A stretch of DNA of 56,549 bases, counting the filler, from Sluysia triapertura (lineage: Eukaryota), in the NCBI GenBank assembly GCA_046118255.1. It is 4 parts of 4 records of this genome, joined end to end, with 100 filler letters (N's around TTAATTAATTAA, not from the genome) between each part and the next. Parts side by side here need not be neighbours in the genome. Positions count along the whole stretch, not along the records: positions 12,293 to 24,543 come from JBJNIA010125633.1; positions 24,644 to 45,472 come from JBJNIA010006661.1; 2 more parts are not named here. One strand, 5' to 3'. The position numbers and the translations under genes were made by a program. This document shows positions 13,888 through 26,606 of the stretch, piece by piece (position 1 is the stretch's first letter; every line of letters begins with the position of its first letter). The notes beneath the pieces are model-generated. The model made no database searches. It was not told the DNA's origin and saw only the letters and a program-made list of their open reading frames with translations.

Positions 13888-15999
13888 CTCAATACTATTT
13901 TCATAATTATCCGATATATTAATATTATAAATAGCTATTGTAAATGGAAATGTATTCGTAATACTAATTTGTCGACTTAGTTTTGTAATTGTACTATTCA
14001 ATTGAAATTTCGTATTATTGGCATCGTATATCAAAGATCTGAAACAATTAATGAAGTAATTTATTATCTTTATAATTTAAATTATAAATGTGCTATTTAT
14101 GTTTGTAAGTAACTAATTTTATGAAAAATAATCTAAGCTTCAATTATTCTCATTAAGTTATTAAATTTAAAATTACGAAAATAAAAATTGCTAACCCTTG
14201 AATAAGATGGACATAATAGGGTACTCGAATTGTTTGATTGTGATTCGTAGTTATAGTAACAATACCTTGTTGGATATGAGAACTGTTGGAACCTTTGAAT
14301 CCTATATAAATTAATTTAAATAAATATTTAGCAAATATATTAATATAACGAATAGCAAATTTTTCATTACTATAATTAGATAAACAAATATTTAATAAAT
14401 AATTACATTCTTTGACATATGATTAATATTAAAGTTAATTATAGATAAAGATAAACTTTAAGTAACACACAATCCATTAGGTTGTTGCATAAGTTCCCAC
14501 CGTTATATGAAACTTTGTTCTACAAAGACTTTTTGATGTTTGTCGAAGTGTTGTATACCATTAAAAAGCCCATGCTATGCTCAACAAGATTAAAGTAATC
14601 GTTTTTGTCTATTATTTTTTGTCTTTTTTAGAACCGTCAAATGGATTGTCAAGTCGACAAAAAATCGCATTTTCGACACCTCATTTCTTTTCGCCTTTAA
14701 TCGAGGTCAAAAGCGACTGAAGATACCAGAGATATTTGTGTCGTATATGGAGAGGACGCTATAGCTCAGAGAACTGCTCAGAATGGTTTGCCTGGTTCAA
14801 ACACTTGTTCCAGAAGACCAGTCGAGATGGACTAGGAGCAACTTGGGCATCTTTTGAAAGAAGATGGCCGCCAGACATGCAGAGAATTAGGCGAAAAGAT
14901 GAATTGTGATTTTGCGACAATTTCACTCCACCTTTGCTTTCTTTGAAAATAAATGTTTAAAAAACGGCGAGAACTTATGCAACAACTCAATACTTATTAA
15001 TAATCAATTATAAATCCATTATGATTAATTTGACTGCTACAATTAATGTATCTTTATTATTTTTCCATTTTTTAATCAGTTGTAAAATTGTTCATATTTA
15101 ACCGATCACTGTTTCTTCGATCACTGCTCTCTCGCAATAAGTTGAACCGTAACGACTGACTTCGAAAAATAAATAAATCCGAATGAAAGTAATGAAGCGA
15201 CGAGACTTCCATAATTCTAAGTACGGAATAGATGTGATACAAACAAATCTATAATATCCTATCATACGTGTACGACACTAACATAAATAAACAGCGGCAA
15301 TAAGCGTTATTCGGCTATTAAAACAAGTAAATTCATCAGGACGCTTATTGATGCAACCTAGTTGTTCCTATTGTTATGTAATTATAATATAGTTACCTGA
15401 ATGGACGTTGTTATTACTTTAAATTTAGATTTTTAACGTTCTTTTATTCTAAAACAAACAGTCACATCTTTTTCATAGAATTAATACTAAAAATACGACA
15501 AATAAATGTATTACTAATGATATACATGGTAAATATATGAACCACACATGAAACAAATTAACACATTATGAGCGGGTATTCTTAAGTGACAGTACATAAA
15601 ACGGGTAATAATACCCGCCCCGCTCATAATGTGTTAACCGAGATGATCCATATTGATTAATAACACTCTAATAACCTCAAAATAACTTCAACGTATTTCA
15701 TGCGAAAAAATAAGCATAAATCTGCTGAAAAACACTAGTATTATATCAAGAAAGGATACAATTACTGTATGGTACAATTCTAACAGTCGCTTATTAATTT
15801 AAATACAAATTTGTACCGATCGTAAAGAAAAGGTTAATAATTAAAATTGAGCGTTACAAAATAAATTACCTGTATACGTAATAGAAGCAATGGTAACTTT
15901 CCTGTAGCATGGAACAAGAAGAGAATGAAAAATAATATCGATAGCAGGATTAGATTCTTGGAGAACAATGCTCTAAATTATTATAGTCATTATGTAATA

Positions 16000-16059
<60 letters not shown>

Positions 16060-19000
16060 TCATCATCATCAACACCATAACCATCATCATTATTATCACT
16101 ATTATCATCNNNNNNNNNNNNNNNNNNNNNNNNNNNNNNNNNNNNNNNNNNNNNNNNNNNNNNNNNNNNNNNNNNNNNNNNNNNNNNNNNNNNNNNNNNN
16201 NNNNNNNNNNNNNNNNNNNNNNNNNNNNNNNNNNNNNNNNNNNNNNNNNNNNNNNNNNNNNNNNNNNNNNNNNNNNNNNNNNNNNNNNNNNNNNNNNNNN
16301 NNNNNNNNNNNNNNNNNNNNNNNNNNNNNNNNNNNNNNNNNNNNATTTTGCAATGAATATAAAAATAAAAAAAAGGAATTATTGTGAACCACACTTAACA
16401 CACTGAGGACGGTGTGCAATGAGAATTGTACAGCCTGAATTCCCTGATGCTTTATGTAAATATTTAATAAAATTATCTGGACACGTTTATTTACTTGTAA
16501 TTCTAATTTGTTATATGAAATTCCAAACAAGAATATCCATTAATAAGTGATTCTTATATATATCCTTCTGTAACATGGTCTCGCTCACACGATAAAATTG
16601 TGTAAACCCTCACGTGCTATACAATGACACCTATTTATTTCTGTTGTTGAACACAAAATCTACCAGTGTCGAAATTGAAATCAATAATTTAGAAAATACT
16701 GTTAAAAGAACAGAAACTTACAAAATGAATTGATGAAATAGTTTGAGGATAAATATTTGAACATTAATAATAAAAGAAATTAATCAAAATTTAAGATGTG
16801 AATAATGGAAACTGTGTGGTAACTAAACAATTATTCGAATAATAAGAAATATTCGAATATTATTATGAGTGTGTGCATCTATAACTAAGTGAAAATGTAA
16901 GTGTGTGTATTGTTATCGTTAATGTTGAAAGATGCTATTACATTGAATGTAGGTTGTTAACTGTGTTTTAATTGTTGCGTGTAAAATATCAAAGTTATAA
17001 AAATTAAAATATTGTTATTATTAACCTTGATATAAACATCGTACTTTCCATTATTATAGACCAAAATTTTTATCGATTTAGGCGCATCTAAACTTCTAAG
17101 TAAGCCAAAATGAAATTTATCAGTTAAAAGATAAATTTCTGATTCTAAAAATAAAACAATCACATAAAATTTTACAAATTTATAAACAATGTATAGTTTT
17201 ATCAATAATTTAATCGATTAAGTAACAATTAAAAAAGATGTAATAATAAAATATGACAAACAGAAAATATAAATAGATTTTATGGCTATTTTAGAATTGG
17301 TTAGTTGACAAAAAATACAGTTGATCCCCATATAGAGCTAATTCATATAACGCTTTTAATTTTATTAATATAGATAATTAAACTATGTTTATTATTCTGT
17401 TTGTATGCTTATGTTCGCTTTGTATTCTTATAACGCCATAGTTACGTAACACAAATTCCCATAAGGCGGCACGTAACTATCGTAGACTATTGAAATTACC
17501 AGATTACTTCTCAATCATAGAACTAATCAAAGATTTTAGGATTAAAAAATTTATTTTCTATAGTACTTAGACAAGCAAATTGATATGAAAAGTTAGAGGG
17601 TATTGTAGCTTGTAAGATGAAGAGATCAAGATTTTCTAAAGTTTTACAAAAATTTATCAATGTTCTAAAACAATAAAAATATGTTCTTCTTTGGTTTTCT
17701 TAATATTTGATACCCTGGCATGGAAACTCTCCAGACATGAATTACATAGAAAATCTGTGGGATATTGTCAAAAGGAGAGTTTCTACTCATACACCAACTT
17801 ATTGAAACCCTGAAAAAAGTATGGCATCTGTGGTATGTGTCTTTAAGGATCAGGAAGGAGGGCAAACAAAGTACTGATACAACAGTTTGATTTGTAGTAA
17901 ATTGTGTTATCATTCTACATGAATAAAATTTCTTATGTTTTGAATCTCAGTATTTTTATCTATTATTTTACTTTCAGCAGAATTTTTGGAGAAAATAGTT
18001 ATTTTCCAACATTTTAGATTTTCCGTGACAATGTTTTTATACACTTTTGATTAATAGTTTCATAGTATCCTTGAAAAATGTTGAATTTTATCACTAAAAT
18101 CGTAGTATTTAGTCTAATTTAATTAAAATTGTTTAAAAATTAATATATTTGTATGAGTAAGCATCATTTATAGAATTTATTTGCATTCCGAACACCAAGA
18201 TCGTATGAAGTAGATAACATTTGTAAGCATTTGTCATGATTATTATTGCTTTTATTGGCAACCAATGTAATTCCTTAAGATAAGGTGTTACATGATATCT
18301 TCTTCCCACTTGGAGAATTTTTTCACTTTTCTATTGTTGCTAAATAAGTATGTTGAATCAACTATCGCGTATGATTCTATTATTTAAATACAGATTCTAA
18401 ATGCTCCATTCTTTCTAGCTACTTATGTTTTTCTTGGTCTAAGGTCCCTCTTCTGACGACGTACACTTCATTACATCTATGTTCGTCTATGTTGAAGAAT
18501 TTACAAGGGTTACCAATAAAAGTAAAAGTAGAGTTCAAAATTGTAACAATAATTTATAACAATTTATGCTGATAGGAGATTAAGAAAAAGACAAAGTTCT
18601 TTATACTTTATTTAAGCGCCTTTAAGTACTTATTTTACAGTAGATACTAATATTATTATTGTTATTATCATCAAATTAATCTATTCTTACTAAAATTTAA
18701 TATCTATTTCTATATTGTTTAAAAAATATTACTATTGTAAATATTCCATAATAAAAATTAAATATTTATTGCATAATAGTTTAAAAAAATTCTATAAATA
18801 ATTTTTTTGCATGAACTATCTTTATGCATTAAACAAACAAATTAAACAAACTGTTAGTTATTTCCATAGTAATTGGTAATACAAAACCCAATGGAGTTTG
18901 TGAATTATTAGTTCTAATGCGTAAATAACTTGTAAAATTGCCTAATTTTTCTGTCATAATTTTAATTTTCATTATTGTCCTTGTCTCGTAGGGCTGAATA

Positions 19001-20006
19001 TTCCAAACTTTTTTAGATTGAATTGTATTATAACTCGGAAACTCCAAATGAACATCACTACCGCTAGTGTACATTTCTAGTATTTGTATTGATGTATTTA
19101 AAGGATTGTAGAAATAAATTGGACTAGAAATACTTTCATTTGGTGGCAAAACGAATTTATCGAATGAAATTAAACGATAGGGACTCATTCGACCAAAACC
19201 GGAAACTTTGTAAAAAAATTTACCTTTCGAAGTTGATATTTGAAGCTCAGAATCAATAGGTCCGACATTTCTCGGCAGAAAAACTAAATCAAAAGTTGTA
19301 TTGAATTTTGGACGTAAAATGTGATCTTTGAATGTTGAACAATGAAAATCTTTTGATGGTGATGAAATTGATAACAAATGAATTGAATTATCATTCATTA
19401 TATTCAAAATTTTAATTTGTTGCCATTTTGGTTCACCAATTGATCTTAAACAAATGAAAAATAAGATCGTTTAATCTTAATAAAACATAATTTCATGGCA
19501 TGCATATTAATAAAGGTTAAGTTTAATATGCTTACGTGTCTGAAAAGTCTAAAAACGGTGGCTCAAAAATCATTGGATTTGCTGATATAACACCATCATA
19601 TTTCCTTAAAAGATTAAAATTAGACTATAAATTTAATTTTAATGTAATTTACCAGTCATTCAACATCTGCTTAGTCCCCTGAACAAAATTAATCACACCT
19701 TATAAAAATTATATATTACCCTATTATCTTCTTCAAGAACTATTCTTACATCTGGTTTTGAATTAAAATCTGAATAAAATTCAATTAAATGTACGATTAA
19801 AATCACATTTTGATAATCTAAAACCATGTCGAACTACATTCAAAAATCTACATACATAATAATGCACATTTAATATATACATGCAGTACAAATAAAACAG
19901 TCACACAATACCAATAATATTATAAATAATTAATCAAACCTGTGAAAACATCTCCATTGATTTGAGAGATCAAAATTAAACATAAATATAAAAGAAAATC
20001 AAGCAT
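13888..20006 (-). CDS. TMEM131: transmembrane protein 131, 5' part (9 exons; 3' exons not in this scaffold)
   Basis: In-frame GT-AG exons 20006-19940 (signal peptide MLDFLLYLCLILISQING), 19769-19720, 19678-19653, 19604-19536 (FEPPFLDF), 19444-18852 (FHCSTF..FDLVFLPRNVG..YNPLNTSIQILEMYTSGSDVHLEFP..WNIQPYETRTIM), 17144-17026 (FGLLRSLDAPK), 15972-15870, 14301-14196 and 14038-13888 (ITNTFPFTIAIY). Exon order is collinear with known TMEM131. Confidence 0.92.
14477..14990 (+). mobile_element. mariner transposon, internally deleted, in TMEM131 intron
   Basis: TIRs ttaggttgttgcataagttcccaccgtt / aacggcgagaacttatgcaacaactcaa followed by TA. N-terminal transposase MDCQVDKKSHFRH..FAFNRG..RDICVVYGEDAIAQRTAQ.WF..LLKEDGRQTCRELGEKMNC. 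Confidence 0.92.
15562..15633. mobile_element. 72-bp piggyBac-type miniature element
   Basis: TTAA-cacattatgagcggg ... cccgctcataatgtg-TTAA: perfect 15-bp TIRs with a TTAA duplication. Confidence 0.75.
15995..16109. repeat. (AAT)n/(ATC)n microsatellite running into assembly gap 16110-16344
   Basis: Trinucleotide run seen directly. Confidence 0.9.
17690..18118 (+). mobile_element. Tc1-like transposon 3' fragment
   Basis: LIPWHGNSPDMNYIENLWDIVKRRV...LIETLKKVWH (WPGNSPDLNPIENLW motif). The 3' end is shared with the copies at 25110 and 31211. Confidence 0.88.
18200..18400 (-). mobile_element. L2-type LINE ORF2 C-terminal fragment
   Basis: Minus strand KILQVGRRYHVTPYLKELHWLPIKA (HxTPxLxxLHWLP motif). 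Confidence 0.8.
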
Positions 20007-21330
20007 TTGAAATTTTTAAATATATTAAATTTTGTAAAATTTGTTTGTGGATCAATAAAAAAAAATTTAATATTTACAAAGCTCCAAGAAAAATAAAATT
20101 TATTTTTAGATCTAATATTATATAGATATAAAATTAAATAAAAATCTAAACGTGATATAAAGTAAAGATGAAAAGAAAAACTGTTACAAGTGTATGTAAT
20201 GCCACTATAATAAGTTTAAAATCAGCATATATTTACTTAAATTAAATAAATTTTACAAACTATACTTATTTAAAAATTTCGAATAGTTATTGAAAATTAA
20301 AAATTTATTTAGATCACTTAAAAATAGTACTTTGGTTAATTTAAACTTACATGACTTATAATTTTTTGGTTATATATGCAAAACGCTTAATTTACATTTA
20401 ATTTTACATAAAAATATTTAAATTTATTTTATCCCTATTAAACTTTTTATTTTTATTAAAAATTGCAATATTTCAAATTTTATTTTACTTAAATAAATAA
20501 ATAATTTAACGTTTTTTAATACTACTTTTAGGAAATATTTTAGCCATATATATTAAAAATTTTAATAAAAACTGTTTAATTTTCATTTGTGCCAAGTAAA
20601 TATGTACAGAATAGAAAGGTAAATTTTGGTTCAATAAAACTGTCCTTATGATTTCAAGGTATTAAATAATGCATTGAATATCATTTATAATTCAATATCA
20701 TTTTTCATTCAAGTGTTATTTTATAAAACTTATTTCTTAACTAAGTTAATTAAGATTTTAATTTATTTTCAAATGATTCTCCGTGTTCTTTGTTAAACTG
20801 TTTTATTAGAGCTCTATAAAGTTTATTATTTGATTTGTAATTATATTTACATTTAGGATAATTAACTTTTACTCGCGATAAGTTAAATGTTTTTTGATTT
20901 CCTGAATTTCAAATTAATAAAGATATTTTAAAATTAAAATTAATGACATTTTCATAAAGATTTTATTATTGGCTTAAGCCAGTGCAAGAGTTTTAAAAAG
21001 TTTGAGTCTGATTTTTATCTTACCTAAGTAAGAATAACTTGCTTTTATTTTGTGAGTCCCTTACGATATTGGTCTCACACAGTCAGTGAAAGATAATTGG
21101 AACTAGATTCGGTAGTCAAATGGATGCTATGCTTTGCCGGATAAAAATCCGCTATTATAGCGAGGTTGATTTTTTATAATTTTATATATGATCCGTTTTA
21201 TAATGATCTTAGATTTTATATTATTATTTTGTGTCGAATATTATAGATTTTGTAGCTATATACATCATTTATTTATGTGAAGTTAACTATGAGTAATTAG
21301 AAAATTTCTTAATCAAAAAATTTTTTTATA

Positions 21331-21430
21331 TAATTGACTATAACAAAACAAAACTGTTAGACGGGCTGATAGCTCATTGATCAGCTTTGAAGCTAAAAGG
21401 TCCCGGGTTCGATTCCCTGTCAGTCCATTT
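21331..21430 (+). repeat. tRNA-derived repeat / pseudo-tRNA, copy 1 (internally deleted)
   Basis: gggctgatagctca...ggtcccgggttcgattccctgtcagtcca with a B box; upstream taattgacta...tgttagac shared with the other copies. Confidence 0.8.
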
Positions 21431-21996
21431 ATTGAAATCTAACAAAAGCACTTTGTAAAAATTCTAGATCATGATGCTTTTAGTCAAATGATGAATTTTA
21501 TGTTAAAATTAGTCAAATTTATATTCTCAGCAAGCAGATTTCAATTATGTTAATTTGAATTTAAGAATATTATTACCGAATATTTTATTTAATATTAAAA
21601 AAAATAAATAATTACATTTTTATTTTTAATAATAATTGACTTGTAAGATATATTAAAAAATATTTCATTGTTATTATCAATGAAAATGAATTTTGATTTA
21701 ATTGCAGTTGATCCATATTTAAGTAAAGAATCACTTTAAAAATATAATTTATATGAAAGTTTAGATGAATGTGATTTGAAAATTAATTAATTCAAATAGA
21801 ATTTTAGCGATTTGATGCATAAATAGTTAACTGAAAATATTTATAATTCCTTTTGAGCATGGCAGGCAACGTGGCTCAAGATTACGACGACCACATAAAA
21901 ATTTAATGATTGTTCTACGAAATCTATTAAAAAATCTAATGTTTTAGAAAATTCATTAATTAATTTAGATGGATACATTTTAACAACGTCGAATAA

Positions 21997-22513
21997 AAAG
22001 GCGGGCAAGCCGGGCACTGCCAGGGCGCCGATATAAAAATAAAATATATTTTTACATTCATTATTTGTTTACATTTTATAAATTAAAATCGATAATTTTT
22101 CATAAGACATCGATTTTCTTAGCTAGCAATAAATTTTTTTCTTTAATAATTATTTTAATATTGTAAACTATTTACAAACTTATTTTATTGTTATTGAATT
22201 TTTGACAAGTAGCATTACAAAAACTCTTGTATATCAAACGTATGCAACAGGAATAGCATAACTTACTTTTCAAAGTTCTCGCTCCTTCGTTGCTCAAACT
22301 TCAAATGCGTTCGTTATGTTATTCCATATGTTTTATCGCTTGTAAGTAAATAACTATTGTATTATTTTTTAAATAAATTTTTAACACGTTCTTTATTGTG
22401 TAATTTTGATTTTTAGCCTCTTTTACTATTATTTTTAATTCGCAGTAAATTTGTATATTCTTGTATGAAAGGGCGCCCAATTTTGTTTTTGCCGGGGCCT
22501 TAGATCTGGCCCT
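21997..22513. mobile_element. hAT-like nonautonomous element remnant
   Basis: GC-rich subterminal blocks gggcaagccgggcactgccagggcgcc and aagggcgcccaa...gccggggccttagatctggccct in an otherwise AT-rich region. Confidence 0.4.
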
Positions 22514-24543
22514 AGATTTTCATGCAGTTTTTTGTAGTGGTCCAACTGATTTCATGTAATTTCATTACAAAGATAATCCCATAACAAACATTTTCTTACA
22601 ACACAAATGATAAAACTTTCAATTTAAATCACATAATTTTTAAACATTTTATAACTTCTTCACATTTAACATCCTAAAACCTTTTTAATTACTGAAAAAA
22701 TGATAATGAAAGTTTACATTAATATTTGAACAAAATTATATACCAATACTATCACTGCCTTCAAGCACTCTATATTATCTCCACTCTATATTAAATGAAA
22801 TGAAAATTAAAACAGCACATTAACTAAATAATTTGTATATCACAAATAATTTATATATCAGACCACAAATAATTTGTATATCACTCATTTCGAAGATACA
22901 AACATCTAATTATACTAATTAATATCACAACAGTCGACGCAATTATCGAAAGCATAAGTTAAGTATCAAGAATGGTTATGGAAAAGTTAATGTCTTTCGA
23001 AACGTATACAAGAATCAGAATGTTTATTTTATCCTGTCATAAGTATTTCGGATTTAGCGCTTATTTTGCTGAATTTTTTTTACCGAAAAAAAATATGCAA
23101 AAAATTGGCTAGAAAATTCAAGACAAGAAATGAAAAGTACCTTGTCGAAATTGTTAAGAAATGCTGGTCAATAAATAGTAAATACCCAAGTCAAATATTA
23201 ATTTCACATTGAAAACAGAAAAATGTTTTCTTGGATCATTAGGAATAGAGTTGAATAGTTATACTGGTGCTCCAATGTCATTTAATGGTCAGTTAAGTCA
23301 AGATATTAAATTATTTTGAGGAACAAGTATTGGTTGAATTAGTACTTGTGATTTGGCATTGATATGTCGTTATGATGTAGTTTAGTATGTTTACACATGA
23401 AAACTCAGAAAAACCTATCTAAAGAAATATCTACATCTCGTTTAATGGATATGTTTCGCATTGAACAGTTTAAAATACTTCAATAAATCATCCCATATGT
23501 ATTAATGTATATTGTGATGCAATTTTGCATCCAACAGCTTTCGATAAAGATTGTTATATAAAATTTAGAGATTCACTTACTGATATTTTATCGCTTTTCA
23601 CTTAAGTTACATTATAAATAATCAGGAGCTGAGGCTCAGATTTATTTCAATCCGAATATCGTAGATACTAACCTGATTTTTGTAATTTCGTATTATTATA
23701 ATATCTCTTATTTTGTACAAGAATAATGACACATCTGTAGAGGACTCCATAGAAACAATAATAATAATAATTAAAAGTAATAAAAATAATATTAATCACT
23801 CAACTGTTGATTTAATAATAAATTAAATTAGATAATGCATTATAGAAAATATGTCATTTTTCAATGTAGTATGCTCAAATAATTATTTAATAAATTGAAA
23901 GATAATTTTACACATAAATAGACAATATATTAATAAAAATACTAGTATATTAATAACAGAAATTCTAAAAAATTCTTCTGTCATATCTGGACAAGTTCAT
24001 TGCATTTTTAATCAAATCTTTTGGTCGAATTAATTGTCAGTATAATCCAAGTTCTTGATCTTGGAATTCGATCAATATTTAAACAAAGCCTATACTCTAT
24101 TACGTTAGTAAACGATGAATAACAACCTGGTATTCTCGTTCATATGGTTAGTTAAACGATCATTGTAGTACATGGTTGCGTTGGTAAACATTAAATGGCA
24201 ACTTGGTGTTCTCGAACTACTTATTGATATTTTTGTCTGAAGTTTTTGTAACTTTATTTTTATAAGTTTTGTCTTTGTTAGGAGACATAAAATCGAAGTA
24301 AAATCAATTAATTGATCAACTCTCTATTTTTTTTGCTAGAGGAAATTTAATATCAAAAATAAATTTAAAATCAAATATAATTTTGTCAAATATTTAATTA
24401 TTGTTTCTTATAATTGGCATTGTATAAATTTGTTCGGTTTTTACTTCTAAAGAACAATTATAAAAAATTCTTAAAATGGGTTCGCCTACGATAAACGTTT
24501 TATCTTATAAAAGGACGTCTTCGTAGGATTTTAACGCGACTTA

Positions 24544-24643
24544 NNNNNNNNNNNNNNNNNNNNNNNNNNNNNNNNNNNNNNNNNNNNTTAATTAATTAAN
24601 NNNNNNNNNNNNNNNNNNNNNNNNNNNNNNNNNNNNNNNNNNN
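24544..24643. other. artificial scaffold linker
   Basis: 44N-TTAATTAATTAA-44N. Confidence 0.95.
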
Positions 24644-24796
24644 ATATTTTCACAAATAAAAAGGTTGTCTAAGCGAAATTGATGTTAATATATTTATTGT
24701 ATATTAAACTAACGAGATAATCATTTTTGAAAGGAGGAAGTTATTTAACAACTTTGTCTCATAAACAACACTTACTAATTATTATTAAGTAGTGTA

Positions 24797-25135
24797 CTGT
24801 GGTGGCCAAATTATTAGACTAAGGCAGGAAAAATATGTTTTTTGGTGGTCGCTTGGGAAAATGCGGTGGAATGAAGAAAGCATCAGTGAGAAATGATTGG
24901 TATTTGATGAAACTTTCTACGATAACTGTACGACTTTGCAGAAGCAGTTAGAGACTTGCGGAATTCACGTTAGTGCGAGAACAGTCAGAAGGAGACTTGA
25001 GAGCGAGACAACTCAGAAGATAATGGGCTAAGCAACACCAACATTTAACTGAGTCATCTTTTCAAGTATTGGATGACAAGACCACCTATGTAAGAAGGAG
25101 ACCTAATGAGGAGTTTCATAGTATCCTTGAAAATG
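24797..25135 (+). mobile_element. Tc1-like transposon, 5' TIR and deleted transposase
   Basis: TA-ctgtggtggccaaattattagac terminus; LQKQLETCGIHVSARTVRRRL and ESSFQVLDDKTTYVRRRPNEEF, fused to the 3' segment gtttcatagtatccttgaaaa also seen at 18058. Confidence 0.85.
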
Positions 25136-25163
25136 ATATATTAACAATTTAAATGTCATTTAG

Positions 25164-26606
25164 TTAACTTAGACATCGTGGATCAAAATAGCGATCATAT
25201 TAATACACAAAATACGAATGCACATGTGCTAGCCAATAATACAGTCGAATCAGTCAATTTGATTGGTATTCAGTCCATGATCCAATCAAAACCCAATGAG
25301 TTATTTGACAACCAAGCAATTTATCAGAATGAAAACAACTGCAGATTGAGAATGCGTGGTCAAATGAAGTATATGATCGAATGGGATGCTGTGGTTTTTC
25401 TTGGTACACCAATGTTAGTTGTAATGATGTTAATGGTGTGTTTACAAAGGTGCAAAGTAAAGATATAAATAAATTATTCTCAATGAATATTATTGAGTAT
25501 CTTATATTTAGCATGCGTGATGTTAACAGTATGTGGAAAGCCGGTCTTTTTATTAATGATCTGAGTATGCACGATTCAAGTCGTGATTTAGTTTTAGCAG
25601 GTGAACAACAATCAGCTGAACTAAGATTGGCTTTAGAACAAGTAACAAAACTTATTTTTTAACAATTATTATTTTACTTACAATAAAGAGTAAATTATTT
25701 TTATTAAAAAATGTTCATTTAGGAAAGTGAAAAAAGTAAACGACTCGAAGACAGTTTACGACGATTGGATGATGAAATGAGAAGAACAGATGAATTGTTG
25801 TATCAAATGATTCCAAGAGCTGTAGCTAATCGATTGCGTAATGGTGAAAAATCAATGAACACTTGTGAAGTAGATTATGTTTCTTTAAAATTAACATATA
25901 AAACAGGACTCGATATCCTTTTTCTTATTTGCACATACGATTAAGCAAAAAAACAAATCATGAATCACACGAATAGATGAAAGATTAAAAATACAAAAAA
26001 AGAACATAATTTTCTGTAAAATTACTACTGACGATCACTTAAATTCTATTTCTAGTCAGAGATAACACGGGATCACGTAATATTGAACAATTGGACTCTA
26101 ACTGAGTTTATCTGCAACATCTCTCTCGTCAGTAAGAGCAGTGTAGTAATGTAGAGTCAATAAATTATTAGTTATGGAAATAAACTAATAAATAAATAAA
26201 TAATAAATAATTAATAAATAAAGTGTAAATTTGAAGCTTTTTTCTACTTTTATATTTTTATGTTTGCAAGTTGTACTTGTTATAACTACGTTATTAACAT
26301 TAACTGATCTGTTTTAGAAATACCATATTAGTTATACAAATCAGAATATAACTTGGAATTAAGTCTCGACACATTAAAAACAACTTATCAAAATAAGAAC
26401 TAACAGGCTCCTAAACGAGTTATCAATTAAGCAGCTACCAATTTTATATAATATTTTAGACGTTTCCAGAAGTAACAGTACTGTTCAGTGATGTGGTTGG
26501 TTTTACAGAAATTTGTAGTCGCATTACACCCTTGGAGGTCGTTCAGATGTTAAATACCATGTATTCGTTATTCGACCAATTGACAGAACGGTATAGAGTT
26601 TACAAG
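25164..26606 (+). CDS. Gyc88E: atypical soluble guanylyl cyclase (Gyc88E-like), internal exons: PAS/HNOBA, coiled coil, start of cyclase domain
   Basis: Exons ~25164-25413 ([22 protein letters not shown]), 25512-25641 ([33 protein letters not shown]), 25723-25869 ([28 protein letters not shown]) and 26460-26606 ([45 protein letters not shown]). All are GT-AG and in frame. Confidence 0.9.

Noticed and set aside
16395-16440. piggyBac-like terminus ttaacacactgaggacgg
   Set aside because: No partner TIR found and no convincing transposase.
15990-16530. ORFs of 134 and 141 aa
   Set aside because: They run through an N gap and a microsatellite; artefacts.
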